A stretch of DNA of 64,000 nt from Polyangiales bacterium (GTDB lineage Bacteria; Myxococcota_A; Polyangia; Polyangiales; Houyiibacteriaceae), in assembly GCA_046351215.1 (NCBI GenBank), contig JAXLYX010000012.1:146751-210750 (forward strand), read 5' to 3'. This document shows positions 8,319 through 16,850 of this stretch, in pieces. The notes beneath the pieces were generated by a model. That model had not been told where the DNA came from and made no database searches. It saw nothing but the letters and a program-made list of their open reading frames with translations. Position numbers and translations under genes: made by a program. Positions within the stretch are counted from its first letter, which is position 1; each line of letters starts with the position of its first letter.

Positions 8319-10289
8319 TCAAGGAGCGGTCGAGCCCGAGGAATCCCCGACGACGAAGGTCCGGATGTCGATCGGCCCGTCGCCCGGGGCCGAGAGGGCC
8401 GCTTCGAGACCGAGGAGCTGCTGGGGCAGCGGATTGACCGCGAGCGCCGCCCGCGTCTCGACCAGGGCCGCGCGTCGATCCCCGAGCGCGGCGTAGTAGA
8501 GGGCGGTGCAGTAGTGCAGCCAGAGCAGGCGAGCGCGCGTCTCGTGGTCCGTCGTCCCGGCGAGGAGGCGGTAGAGGTGCGCATAGGCCGCTTCGCTCGA
8601 GCGTGTGCCCTCGCGCACGTCGCCCTCGGTCGCGCCGTCGGCGAGGACCTCGTAGTGGATCCCGTTCGGCGCGAGGGTCTCGAAGAGGGCGATGGGTACG
8701 CGCACGTCGCGCTCGACGAGGACGGGGCGCTCGGAGGCGAGCGTCTGGAGCTCCGCGAGGCCGAGCTCGCCCCGCATGACGTAGGCGCGGAGGACTCCGG
8801 CGAGCTCGGGCGAGTGCGCGACGAGCGAGGGCACCATGCCCGGATAGGTCAGGAGCGGGACGGGCACGAGGAGCACGTCGGGCCTCGTGCCGTCCTCCGC
8901 CTCGCCTCCCCAGAATCGGAAGATCGTCTGCGGGGAATAGGCGAAGAGCACCGCGCGCGGAGGGAGCGAGCGGCGGATCTCCTCGTCGAAGGCGTCGGTC
9001 GCGGTGAAGCGCGCGAGCGAGGCGTCGAAGCCGGCGACGGCCGGATCGGTCGAGCGGTGGAACTGGTAGAGGCCGAGGCTCGCGAGCACGACGCTCGCCA
9101 GCACCGCGCTCCAATGGGGCTTCTGCGGATTCGGTCCGCCGAGGAGCGCGAGCAGGAGCGCGGGGACCACGGTCGCGAGCACGGCGCAGGCCGCGAACGC
9201 CGGGAGGAGGTAGCCGAGCGCGTCCGGATTGTTCGCCGTGAAGCCGAGGGCGACTCGGGCGGCGCCGTAGGAGAGGAGCGTCCCGGTCCAGAGCCAGGCC
9301 ACGCGACGCGTCGCAGGGCGGCGGAAGAGCACGTAGATGCCGCCGAGGCCCGTGACGAAGATGAGCGGCATCAGGTTCTCGACGATCGCGACCCCGACGT
9401 CGGCGAGCCGATCGCCGAAGGGCTCGGGCACTCCGCTGCCGACGTTCTTCTGGAAGGTCCTCGCGGAGACCACCCAGAAGAAGCGGGCGAAATCCTTGGG
9501 CTCGCCGAGGTTCAGGTAGGGCTCGGCGTGCGCGCGGAGCAGGAGGTAGAGGTAGACGGAGAGCCCCGGGAGCGCGCATGCGGCCGCGACGACGACGGGC
9601 CGCGTGCCCTTGTAGAGCCGCACGCGCGCGAGGGTCGGCATCGCCACCGGCAGGAGCAGGAACGCGAGGAAGTGGTGGTTCGAGAGCGCGAGGCCGAAGG
9701 CGAGGCTCGCGTGGTAGAGCGGCCGCACGTCCGGGTGCGGGAACGCCAGCTCGAGCGCGACCAGGCGCTCGAGGGCGACGAGGAGCAGGGCCCCCTCGAG
9801 GGCATAGACCTCCGGCCGCACCGCCTGGAACCAGTAGCCGTACGACGCTCCGAGGAGCCAGGTCGTGCCGACGCAGAGGGGGATGACCACCGCATCCCAC
9901 ACGAGCCCCACCTGCCGCAACGTCGCGTCGAGCGCGCGGTAGAACGCGCCGAGCCCCAGCGCGGCGAAGAGGGCGCAGACGAGCGCGACGCGGAACGCGA
10001 TCGGTCCGAGGGGCAGCGCCATCGCGAGCGCCATCGTCAGCGTGCCGAGGGGCTGTCCCGGGGGATGCGAGATGCCGAGGTCCGTGGCTGCCGCGACGAA
10101 TTCGCCGCTGTCGAGCCAATGCCCATGACCCGAAAGGGTGGAGACGTAGCAGAGGAAAGGCAGGCCCGCGGCGATGAGCAACCCGCTCCACCGCGCTCGC
10201 GGATTGTCGACGACCTTTCCGGACCAAGCCATGAGGGTGAAGAGGATGGAAGAGGCCCGATCCGGTGTCCACTGTGCGGGATCGGACAT
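8319..10289 (-). CDS. DUF2723 (TMEM260-type, GT-C fold) membrane glycosyltransferase-like protein with C-terminal TPR region
   Basis: 656 aa. N-terminal motif WLDSGEFVAAATDLGISHPPGQPL is typical of DUF2723. Many TM segments are followed by a soluble helical-repeat tail (LYYAALGDRRAALVETRAALAVNP). Confidence 0.85.
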   Translation of the reverse strand: MSDPAQWTPDRASSILFTLMAWSGKVVDNPRARWSGLLIAAGLPFLCYVSTLSGHGHWLDSGEFVAAATDLGISHPPGQPLGTLTMALAMALPLGPIAFRVALVCALFAALGLGAFYRALDATLRQVGLVWDAVVIPLCVGTTWLLGASYGYWFQAVRPEVYALEGALLLVALERLVALELAFPHPDVRPLYHASLAFGLALSNHHFLAFLLLPVAMPTLARVRLYKGTRPVVVAAACALPGLSVYLYLLLRAHAEPYLNLGEPKDFARFFWVVSARTFQKNVGSGVPEPFGDRLADVGVAIVENLMPLIFVTGLGGIYVLFRRPATRRVAWLWTGTLLSYGAARVALGFTANNPDALGYLLPAFAACAVLATVVPALLLALLGGPNPQKPHWSAVLASVVLASLGLYQFHRSTDPAVAGFDASLARFTATDAFDEEIRRSLPPRAVLFAYSPQTIFRFWGGEAEDGTRPDVLLVPVPLLTYPGMVPSLVAHSPELAGVLRAYVMRGELGLAELQTLASERPVLVERDVRVPIALFETLAPNGIHYEVLADGATEGDVREGTRSSEAAYAHLYRLLAGTTDHETRARLLWLHYCTALYYAALGDRRAALVETRAALAVNPLPQQLLGLEAALSAPGDGPIDIRTFVVGDSSGSTAP

Positions 10290-10398
10290 CGGCCCCAGGC
10301 TTACGCCTCGACGCCGGATCGCGTACGCTCGTGAAACGGCCGACGCGTCACGACGCGGGGAATCGCCCCTGTTTTCAAGGGGTTTCGGGAGTCGCAGG

Positions 10399-12201
10399 AT
10401 GAGCCACTACAAGAGCAACCTCCGGGATCTTCAGTTCAACCTCTTCGAGTACAACCGGACGCAGCAGTACTTCGGACGCGCGCCTTTCACCCAGATGGAT
10501 GAAGACACGGCCCGCAGCATCCTCTCCGAGGTCGAAAAGCTCGCGGTGAACCAGATCGCCGAGAGCTTCGAGGACGGCGACCGCATCCCGCTGAAGCTCG
10601 AGAACGGGAACGTCACCCTCCCGCCGGCGGTCCGGAAGTCCATCGAGTCGTTCTTCGAGGGCGAGTGGCACCGGCTCGAGCTGCCGGAGCACCTCGACGG
10701 CTTCGGCGCGACGCCCAGCATGCGTTGGGCCGCCCTCGAGATGATCTGCGGCGCGAACCCGACGGTCGCCTTCTACATCTTCGGTACCTTCATCGCGACG
10801 ATCATCGACAAGCTCGGCACGGAGGAGCAGAAGCGTCTCTACGTGCGTCCGATGCTCGAGCGCCATTGGGGCGGCACCATGGTGCTCACCGAGCCCGACG
10901 CCGGCTCCGACGTCGGCGCCGGTCGGACCAAGGCGAAGCAGATCGAGGACGACCTCTACGAGATCGAGGGCGTGAAGCGCTTCATCACGAACGGCGACTT
11001 CGACGGCCCCGAGAACATCGTCCACCTCGTGCTCGCCCGCCCCGAGGGGGCGTCGGTCGGCACGAAGGGCCTCAGCATGTTCATCGTGCCCAAGTACTGG
11101 GTGAACGACGACGGCTCGCTCGGCGAGCGCAACGGCGTCTTCGTCTCGAACATCGAGAAGAAGATGGGCATCAAGGGCTCGGCCACCTGCGAGCTCACGA
11201 TGGGCGAGAACATCCCCTGCCGCGGCCTGCTCGTCGGCAACGTGCACGACGGCATCGCGCAGATGTTCAACGTCATCGAGCACGCCCGCATGTTCGTCGG
11301 CCTCAAGTCGATGTCGACGCTCTCGACGGGCTACCTCAACGCCCTCGAGTACTCGAAGGAGCGCGTCCAGGGCTCCGACATGACGCAGATGATGAACAAG
11401 AACGCGCCTCGCGTGGCCATCCTGCGCCATCCGGACGTGCGTCGCTGCCTCATGCTGCAGAAGTGCCACGCCGAGGGTCTGCGCGCGCTGATCTTCAAGA
11501 CGGCGTCGGTGCAGGATCGCATCGCACAGACCGAGGACCACGCCGAGAAGAAGAAGCTCGAGGCCCTCAACGACCTCTACCTCCCGCTCGTGAAGGGCTA
11601 CGGCTCGGAGAAGGCCTACGAGCTGCTCTCGGTCGCGCTCCAGATCTTCGGCGGCTCGGGCTACTGCCAGGACTACCCGATCGAGCAGTACATCCGCGAT
11701 CAGAAGATCGACACGCTCTACGAGGGCACGACCCACATCCAGTCGCTCGACCTCGTCTTCCGCAAGATCGCGCGCGACCAGGGCCAGACGCTCCGCCTCG
11801 TGACCGGCGAGATCGTCGAGCTCCTGAAGTCGCAGAAGGGCGGCGACGCCTTCGCGGAGGAGCGGAAGTACCTCGGCGAGGCGCTCGAGCACCTCGAGAA
11901 GATGCTCTTCGCCGCGCTCGGCATGATGGGCAAGTCGATCTACCTCATCGGCTTCAACGCGAACCGCATCCTCGAGTCGCTCGCCGAGGTCGTCATCGGC
12001 TGGCTGCTCCTCGACCACGCGATCCTCGCGCAGGAGAGCCTCGCGTCGGCCACGGGCGACGACGTGGCCTTCTACCAGGGCAAGGTCGCGTCGGCGCGTT
12101 ACTTCGTGCGCACCGTGCTCCCGGAGATCGCGGCGCGCCGCAAGGTCCTCGAGGCGTCGAACCTCGACCTCATGGAGCTCGACGACGCGGCCTTCGGCTG
12201 A
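10399..12201 (+). CDS. Long-form acyl-CoA dehydrogenase (FadE-like, about 600 aa class)
   Basis: 600 aa from ATG 10399 (MSHYKSNLRDLQFNLFEY). TEPDAGSDVG and KRFITNGD motifs. Catalytic-base region LYEGTTHIQSLDLV. Long C-terminal helical extension. The upstream part of track ORF 10174-12201 is non-natural. Confidence 0.9.
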   Translation: MSHYKSNLRDLQFNLFEYNRTQQYFGRAPFTQMDEDTARSILSEVEKLAVNQIAESFEDGDRIPLKLENGNVTLPPAVRKSIESFFEGEWHRLELPEHLDGFGATPSMRWAALEMICGANPTVAFYIFGTFIATIIDKLGTEEQKRLYVRPMLERHWGGTMVLTEPDAGSDVGAGRTKAKQIEDDLYEIEGVKRFITNGDFDGPENIVHLVLARPEGASVGTKGLSMFIVPKYWVNDDGSLGERNGVFVSNIEKKMGIKGSATCELTMGENIPCRGLLVGNVHDGIAQMFNVIEHARMFVGLKSMSTLSTGYLNALEYSKERVQGSDMTQMMNKNAPRVAILRHPDVRRCLMLQKCHAEGLRALIFKTASVQDRIAQTEDHAEKKKLEALNDLYLPLVKGYGSEKAYELLSVALQIFGGSGYCQDYPIEQYIRDQKIDTLYEGTTHIQSLDLVFRKIARDQGQTLRLVTGEIVELLKSQKGGDAFAEERKYLGEALEHLEKMLFAALGMMGKSIYLIGFNANRILESLAEVVIGWLLLDHAILAQESLASATGDDVAFYQGKVASARYFVRTVLPEIAARRKVLEASNLDLMELDDAAFG

Positions 12202-12214
12202 TCCCGGTCATGGC

Positions 12215-12244
12215 GCCCGCCGGTCCCACGTGGGATCGGCGGGC
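12215..12244 (+). terminator. Palindromic stem-loop after the acyl-CoA dehydrogenase gene
   Basis: GCCCGCCGGTCCCAC / GTGGGATCGGCGGGC forms 15-nt arms with one G-U position, centred on CACGTG, 14 nt after the stop at 12201. There is no U-tract, so the terminator role is tentative. Confidence 0.4.
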
Positions 12245-12291
12245 TCCGATGGGGATTGATTCTCGTACGCGTCGGGCGTATTCGTCTCGGC

Positions 12292-12753
12292 ATGAAGCGA
12301 CGCGAGATGATGATGGTCGGCGCGGGCACCGCCCTCGCCCATGGTGTGGTCACGGTGATGGGCTGCGGCGCCCAGGGCACGGCCGGGGCCGGCTCGACGC
12401 TGCCGGTCGCCACGAATCCGGATGCGCGCTCGCGTCTGCAGCGCGCCGCGGCGGAGTGCGTGCGCGCGGGCGAGGCCTGCCTCACGCATTGCATCACGAG
12501 CCTCGCCTCGGGGAACACGATGATGGCGCAGTGCGCCCCGGCGGTTCGCCAGATGCTCGCCATCTGCCGCGCGGTCGAGCAGCTCGCGACGACGGATTCG
12601 GCGCATCTCGTCGACCTCGCGCGGATCTGTCTCGCGACCTGCACGGAGTGCGAGGCCGCGTGCCGTCCGCACGCGGGCCATCACGTCGAGTGCGGCGAGT
12701 GCGCCGCGGCGTGCACCGCGACGATCACGGCGGCGCGGGCGCTCATCGGCTGA
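12292..12753 (+). CDS. Tat-signal lipoprotein, Cys-rich four-helix-bundle copper-binding protein family (DUF326-like)
   Basis: 153 aa from ATG 12292. Twin-arginine signal MKRREMMMVGAG...VTVMGC with a lipobox. The mature part has 12 Cys in repeated CxxxC / CxxC helix patterns (ECVRAGEACLTHC, ICLATCTECEAAC, ECGECAAAC). Confidence 0.75.
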   Translation: MKRREMMMVGAGTALAHGVVTVMGCGAQGTAGAGSTLPVATNPDARSRLQRAAAECVRAGEACLTHCITSLASGNTMMAQCAPAVRQMLAICRAVEQLATTDSAHLVDLARICLATCTECEAACRPHAGHHVECGECAAACTATITAARALIG

Positions 12754-12841
12754 GGATCTCCCCGGACGCGCCGACGACGCGTCGGCCGCACGAGCGGAAG
12801 CTCGGGACGTGCCGTGTCCGGATCCCGGCTAAGCTCGCCGC

Positions 12842-13792
12842 ATGCGTGTCCCCGTGTACAACCTCGACCTGACCCTCCCGCCGGCCCGACGGTGGGAGGG
12901 CCTCACCGCGCATGCGGACGCCGCACGACGTCTGATCGATTCGTACGTTCGCGATCTCGGCGGGCTCGAGCGGTTCCAGGGTGTCTCGTCGGAGCTCGTC
13001 GCGGGGTATCTTCGCGAAGATCTCCTCGCCGAGGTGGAGGGCGTGGCACACGCCGTCGGACGCGAGGTCGAGCAGGTGCTGCTCGCGAACCTCTACTACG
13101 ATGCGATGCGCGCGTTGCTCGGCTGCACGGCCTTCGCACGCGACACGCACGAAGGCCCGATCCACGCCCGGAATCTCGATTGGTGGTCGGAGCAGCGTCT
13201 CCTCTCGGAGCTCACGCTCGAGGTTCGGGCGAGCGGCGGACCGTGCGGGCCCTTCCGGACGATCGCCTGGCCCGGCTACGTCGGGGCCCTCTCGGGAATC
13301 GCACCGGGTCGCTTCGCCATCACCCTGAACGCCGTCCTGAGCGAGGATCCGCTCGAGCTCGCGACGCCGATCTCGTTCCTCCTCCGGACCGTGCTCGAGA
13401 CCGCATCCGGTTTCGACGAAGCCGTGCGCGTGCTGACGGACACCCCGATCGTCGCCGACTGCCTCCTCTTGGTCTCGGGTACGCGCTCGGGAGAGATGGT
13501 GGTCGTCGAACGAACGCCCACGCGCTGTGCGGTGCGGGGACCCACGGACGGCCAACTGGTCGTCACCAACGACTATCGCGTCCTCGACTCGGCATTCGTT
13601 TCGGACTCGGAGCTCGCGCGGACCGCGTGCAGTCGCTACGACCGCGCCGCCGAGCGCGTCCGAGCCGAGCGGCCGGACACTCCCGAAGCGTGCTTCGCGA
13701 TCCTCGACGACCGCGCGGTGAGGATGGACATGACGATGCAGCAGATGGTCCTGCACGCGTCGACCGGTCTCTGCGCCGTGCGGAAGACCTAG
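12842..13792 (+). CDS. Ntn-hydrolase of the C45 peptidase / acid-ceramidase (NAAA)-like family
   Basis: 316 aa. Candidate nucleophile in LLGCTAFA, followed by ARNLDW and WPGYVGALSG, as in acid-ceramidase/NAAA-like linear amide hydrolases. No signal peptide seen. Confidence 0.7.
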   Translation: MRVPVYNLDLTLPPARRWEGLTAHADAARRLIDSYVRDLGGLERFQGVSSELVAGYLREDLLAEVEGVAHAVGREVEQVLLANLYYDAMRALLGCTAFARDTHEGPIHARNLDWWSEQRLLSELTLEVRASGGPCGPFRTIAWPGYVGALSGIAPGRFAITLNAVLSEDPLELATPISFLLRTVLETASGFDEAVRVLTDTPIVADCLLLVSGTRSGEMVVVERTPTRCAVRGPTDGQLVVTNDYRVLDSAFVSDSELARTACSRYDRAAERVRAERPDTPEACFAILDDRAVRMDMTMQQMVLHASTGLCAVRKT

Positions 13793-13837
13793 GAACCCAC
13801 GACCGCATGGCGTGTCGAGCGCCGCTCCGGCACGTGC

Positions 13838-14752
13838 TCAGGCGTTTCGTGAAGGCACGGACGGGAGCGACGAGAAGCCCGCCACGAGCGCCTCCATCAG
13901 CACCCGGACGCCCGAGCTGCGTGCGCGTCCGGGCGCCGCGAGGGCCGTGAGGTCGGGGCCGTCGGCCGCATGCGCCGAGAGGATCTCGACGAGCCGGCCT
14001 TCGCGGACGAGCGTGGGCACCATGAAGTCGAGGACCTGCGCGACGCCGAGGCCAGCGACGGCCGCGTCGAGCAGCGTGGGTCCGTGATCCACGCGCAGGC
14101 GCTCGTTCGCGTGGAACGGCGCGTGGCTCGTCTCGAAGCGGAACGTCCGCGGCCGTCCGTCGGGAGCGACGAAGAGGAGGAGGTCGTGCCCCTCGAGCTC
14201 CTCGGGGCGGGAGGGCGTGCCCCTGCGCGCGAGGTAGCCCGGCGAGGCGACCGTGACCCAGCGCGTGCGACGGAGGCGGCGGCCCACGAGCGAGGAGTCC
14301 TCGAGCGAGCCGATGCGCACGGCGAGGTCGACGCCGGACTCCGCGAAGCGTGCGAGCTCGTCCGAGACCTCGAGCTCGAACGCGAGCCGCGGATGCCTCG
14401 AGGCGAGAGGCGCGAGGGCCGACGCGACGATCGGCGCGAGCAGGAAGGGCACGGAGATCGAGAGCTTCCCCTGCGGCTCCTTGCGGCTGCCCGCGACGGC
14501 GGCGCGCGCGCCGGAGACCGCGGCGACCGCCGACTTCGTCCGCTCGTAGAAGAGCTCTCCCTCGCGCGTCGTCGACACGGCCCGCGAGGTGCGGACGAGC
14601 AGGGCCACGCCGAGCTCGGCTTCGAGCGTCTTCACCGCCTTGCTCACGGCCGCCGTCGTCACGCCGAGACGCGCCGCGGCGCCGCGGAAGCTCTTCTCCT
14701 CGACCACGGCGACGAAGGGGAGCACCCCGCGGAAGACGTCCGAGCCGCTCAT
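13838..14752 (-). CDS. LysR-family transcriptional regulator
   Basis: N-terminal w[30 protein letters not shown] plus a LysR substrate-binding domain. The track start at 14758 is TTG. ATG 14752 (MSGSDVF) is preferred. Confidence 0.9.
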   Translation of the reverse strand: MSGSDVFRGVLPFVAVVEEKSFRGAAARLGVTTAAVSKAVKTLEAELGVALLVRTSRAVSTTREGELFYERTKSAVAAVSGARAAVAGSRKEPQGKLSISVPFLLAPIVASALAPLASRHPRLAFELEVSDELARFAESGVDLAVRIGSLEDSSLVGRRLRRTRWVTVASPGYLARRGTPSRPEELEGHDLLLFVAPDGRPRTFRFETSHAPFHANERLRVDHGPTLLDAAVAGLGVAQVLDFMVPTLVREGRLVEILSAHAADGPDLTALAAPGRARSSGVRVLMEALVAGFSSLPSVPSRNA

Positions 14753-14763
14753 CGTCAACTCCT

Positions 14764-14800
14764 GGTTGACGATAGGTTTCCGTGATGGTGATTGTCAACC
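14764..14800. promoter_or_regulatory. Candidate LysR operator in the divergent intergenic region
   Basis: Inverted repeat GGTTGACGAT (14764-14773) / ATTGTCAACC (14791-14800), 9 of 10 complementary, 17-bp spacer. It lies between the LysR gene and the gene starting at 14847. Confidence 0.4.
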
Positions 14801-14846
14801 GAGGGCGCCGTCCGCACGATGGCATCGAGAGATCGAGGAGGAAGCC

Positions 14847-15503
14847 ATGAAGATCGGAGTGCTCGGGACGGGGATGGTGGGCGAGGCGATCGCGTCGAAG
14901 CTGGTCGCCCTCGGCCACGAGACGAAGATGGGCTCGCGCACGGCGGGGAACGAGAAGGCCGTCGCGTGGGTCTCGAAGGCGGGCTCGCTCGCGTCCGAGG
15001 GCACGTTCCGGGACGCCGCGCTCCACGGCGAGCTCGTCTTCAACTGCACGCAGGGACACGGCTCGCTACCGGCCCTCGAGTCGGCGGGCGCGGACGCGTT
15101 GCGGGGGAAGATCCTGATCGACATCGCGAACCCGCTCGACTTCTCGAAGGGCATGCCGCCGCAGCTCTTCGTGTTCAACGACGACTCGCTCGCCGAGCGG
15201 ATCCAGCGTGCCTTCCCCGAGACGAAGGTCGTGAAGTCGCTCAACACCGTGAACTGCCACGTGATGGTCGATCCCTCGCGCATCGCGGGAGACCACACGA
15301 TGTTCGTCTCCGGCGACGACGCCGAGGCGAAGGCGAAGGTCCGCTCGATCCTCGTCGAGTGGTTCGGCTGGAAGGACGTCGTCGATCTCGGCGACATCAA
15401 GACCGCGCGCGGCACCGAGTCCTACCTGCCGCTCTGGATCCGCCTCTGGGGAGCGCTCGGCACGGCCGACTTCAACGTGAAGGTCGTTCGGGCGAGCTCG
15501 TAG
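14847..15503 (+). CDS. NAD(P)-binding oxidoreductase of the NADPH-dependent F420 reductase / ProC-like family
   Basis: 218 aa from ATG 14847, preceded by GAGGAGGAAGCC. The N-terminal fingerprint is [19 protein letters not shown]. Divergent from the LysR gene. Confidence 0.85.
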   Translation: MKIGVLGTGMVGEAIASKLVALGHETKMGSRTAGNEKAVAWVSKAGSLASEGTFRDAALHGELVFNCTQGHGSLPALESAGADALRGKILIDIANPLDFSKGMPPQLFVFNDDSLAERIQRAFPETKVVKSLNTVNCHVMVDPSRIAGDHTMFVSGDDAEAKAKVRSILVEWFGWKDVVDLGDIKTARGTESYLPLWIRLWGALGTADFNVKVVRASS

Positions 15504-15507
15504 GCGC

Positions 15508-16818
15508 TCAGCGCGCGCGGGGGACCCAGCCGCCGGGAAGGTAGAGCTGGATCGTCCCGCGAACCTCGATCGACGGCGCGCGGAAGCGGGCTCCGACCTC
15601 GACCGGCAGCTGCCAGTGGCCCGCGACCCAGGTCCACGCGGCGCCCTGCAGCTCCCAGTAGCCCGCGATCCACAGCGCTCCGACGGAGCCGGCCGGTGGC
15701 GCGGGGATGACCTCGACCCGGGGCTCGGGGCGAGGGGGAATGGAGGCCTCGAGCGTGCGGGGCGGCGGTGGGGGCGGGAGCGCCACGGCCACCTGCGTCG
15801 TCACCGGGGGTGGCGGCGCTTGCGCCACCGGGGTCTGGGTGACGCGCGCTCGGACGACGTAGGTGCCGCCGATCCACACGAAGTCGTTCAGCGACGCGTC
15901 GAACGACCAGTACCCCGGGAGCCATTCCACCTCGCCGCGCGGCGCGGGCGGGATCGCCTCCACGCGCGGCGGTGGCGGCACGCGACCCACGGCCGGATCG
16001 GTCGAGGGGCCCACGTGGATCACCTCGAGCGAGGCCATCCGTCGATCGACGTCGGCGACGCGCGCGTCGAAGGTCGCCCGGTACGATTCGAGCGAGCCCA
16101 ACGGCTGCAGCGCCTCGGCGCGGATGCGGATCACCACGCCCTGCATGTCGACCGGTGCGTGGAACCAGAACTCGAACCGGAAGCCGCCGGGATCGGAGCC
16201 CTCGTGGTACTCGGTGCCGACGCCGTCGAGGTCGTGGAGGTTCGGATTGCCCCGCGGATACCAGGCGATGCCCTCACCCTGCGTTCGCGTCGGCGGGAGC
16301 GGCCCTTCGAAGCGATCGAGCGTCGGCGGGGGGGCCTGGGGCTCGTCCGGCGGCCGCGTGCCCGGAGGGGGAGGAGCGCCCCCTCGACCGGATCGCGGAG
16401 GCCCTGGAGGCGCGCCTGCTCCTCCACCGCCACTGGCGACCGCGCCGGGAGCGGAGCCGTGTCCCCGGCACGCGGCGTTCGACGCCGCATCGTCCGACGC
16501 GGTCCATTCCCATCCCGACATCCGCGAGCCGTCCGCGTAGACGAAGCGCGTGTCCATCGGGAGACTGCGTGCGCCGAAGACCTCGACGGTGAGCCTCCGC
16601 CCGAACTCCGCCTCGAACGCCGGCACCTCGACGGAGAAGGGGCCCGTCACGCAGCGCGTCGGGGACACGAAGACCCACTCGGAGCGGACTTCCCATCGCT
16701 CGAGCGGTCGCGACGCGCTCGGCTCGCTCGCGCCTCGGCCGGTGCATCCCGCCATCAGGCCGAAGGCGAGCGCTCCCGCCACCATTCTCGGACGAGCGCG
16801 CGCATGGAACGTGGACAT
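15508..16818 (-). CDS. Lipoprotein with Pro-rich linkers and two C-terminal YXWGXW-type repeats
   Basis: 436 aa from ATG 16818. Signal plus lipobox MVAGALAFGLMAGC. Pro-rich tracts (PPGPPRSG..PPPPGTRPP, PPPPPPR). LPGYWSF...FVWIGGTY and IAGYWELQGAAWTWVAGHW match the YXWGXW repeat pattern. The rest of track ORF 15508-17673 belongs to the overlapping-frame shadow of the next gene. Confidence 0.7.
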   Translation of the reverse strand: MSTFHARARPRMVAGALAFGLMAGCTGRGASEPSASRPLERWEVRSEWVFVSPTRCVTGPFSVEVPAFEAEFGRRLTVEVFGARSLPMDTRFVYADGSRMSGWEWTASDDAASNAACRGHGSAPGAVASGGGGAGAPPGPPRSGRGGAPPPPGTRPPDEPQAPPPTLDRFEGPLPPTRTQGEGIAWYPRGNPNLHDLDGVGTEYHEGSDPGGFRFEFWFHAPVDMQGVVIRIRAEALQPLGSLESYRATFDARVADVDRRMASLEVIHVGPSTDPAVGRVPPPPRVEAIPPAPRGEVEWLPGYWSFDASLNDFVWIGGTYVVRARVTQTPVAQAPPPPVTTQVAVALPPPPPPRTLEASIPPRPEPRVEVIPAPPAGSVGALWIAGYWELQGAAWTWVAGHWQLPVEVGARFRAPSIEVRGTIQLYLPGGWVPRAR

Positions 16819-16850
16819 CGCTCGATGAGGCCATCCCGCGCGACGGCACG

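Noticed and set aside
8232-10334. 700-aa plus-strand ORF antisense to the DUF2723 gene, and the 872-aa frame 7654-10272.
   Set aside because: Only the last 188 aa of 7654-10272 (from ATG 8220) look like a real signal-peptide protein. The remainder and the antisense ORF are compositionally unnatural.
10366-10385. Small hairpin CCCCT-N7-AGGGG followed by TTT, upstream of the long acyl-CoA dehydrogenase gene.
   Set aside because: It has only a 5-bp stem and lies in a divergent promoter region with no co-directional upstream gene to terminate. It is probably fortuitous.
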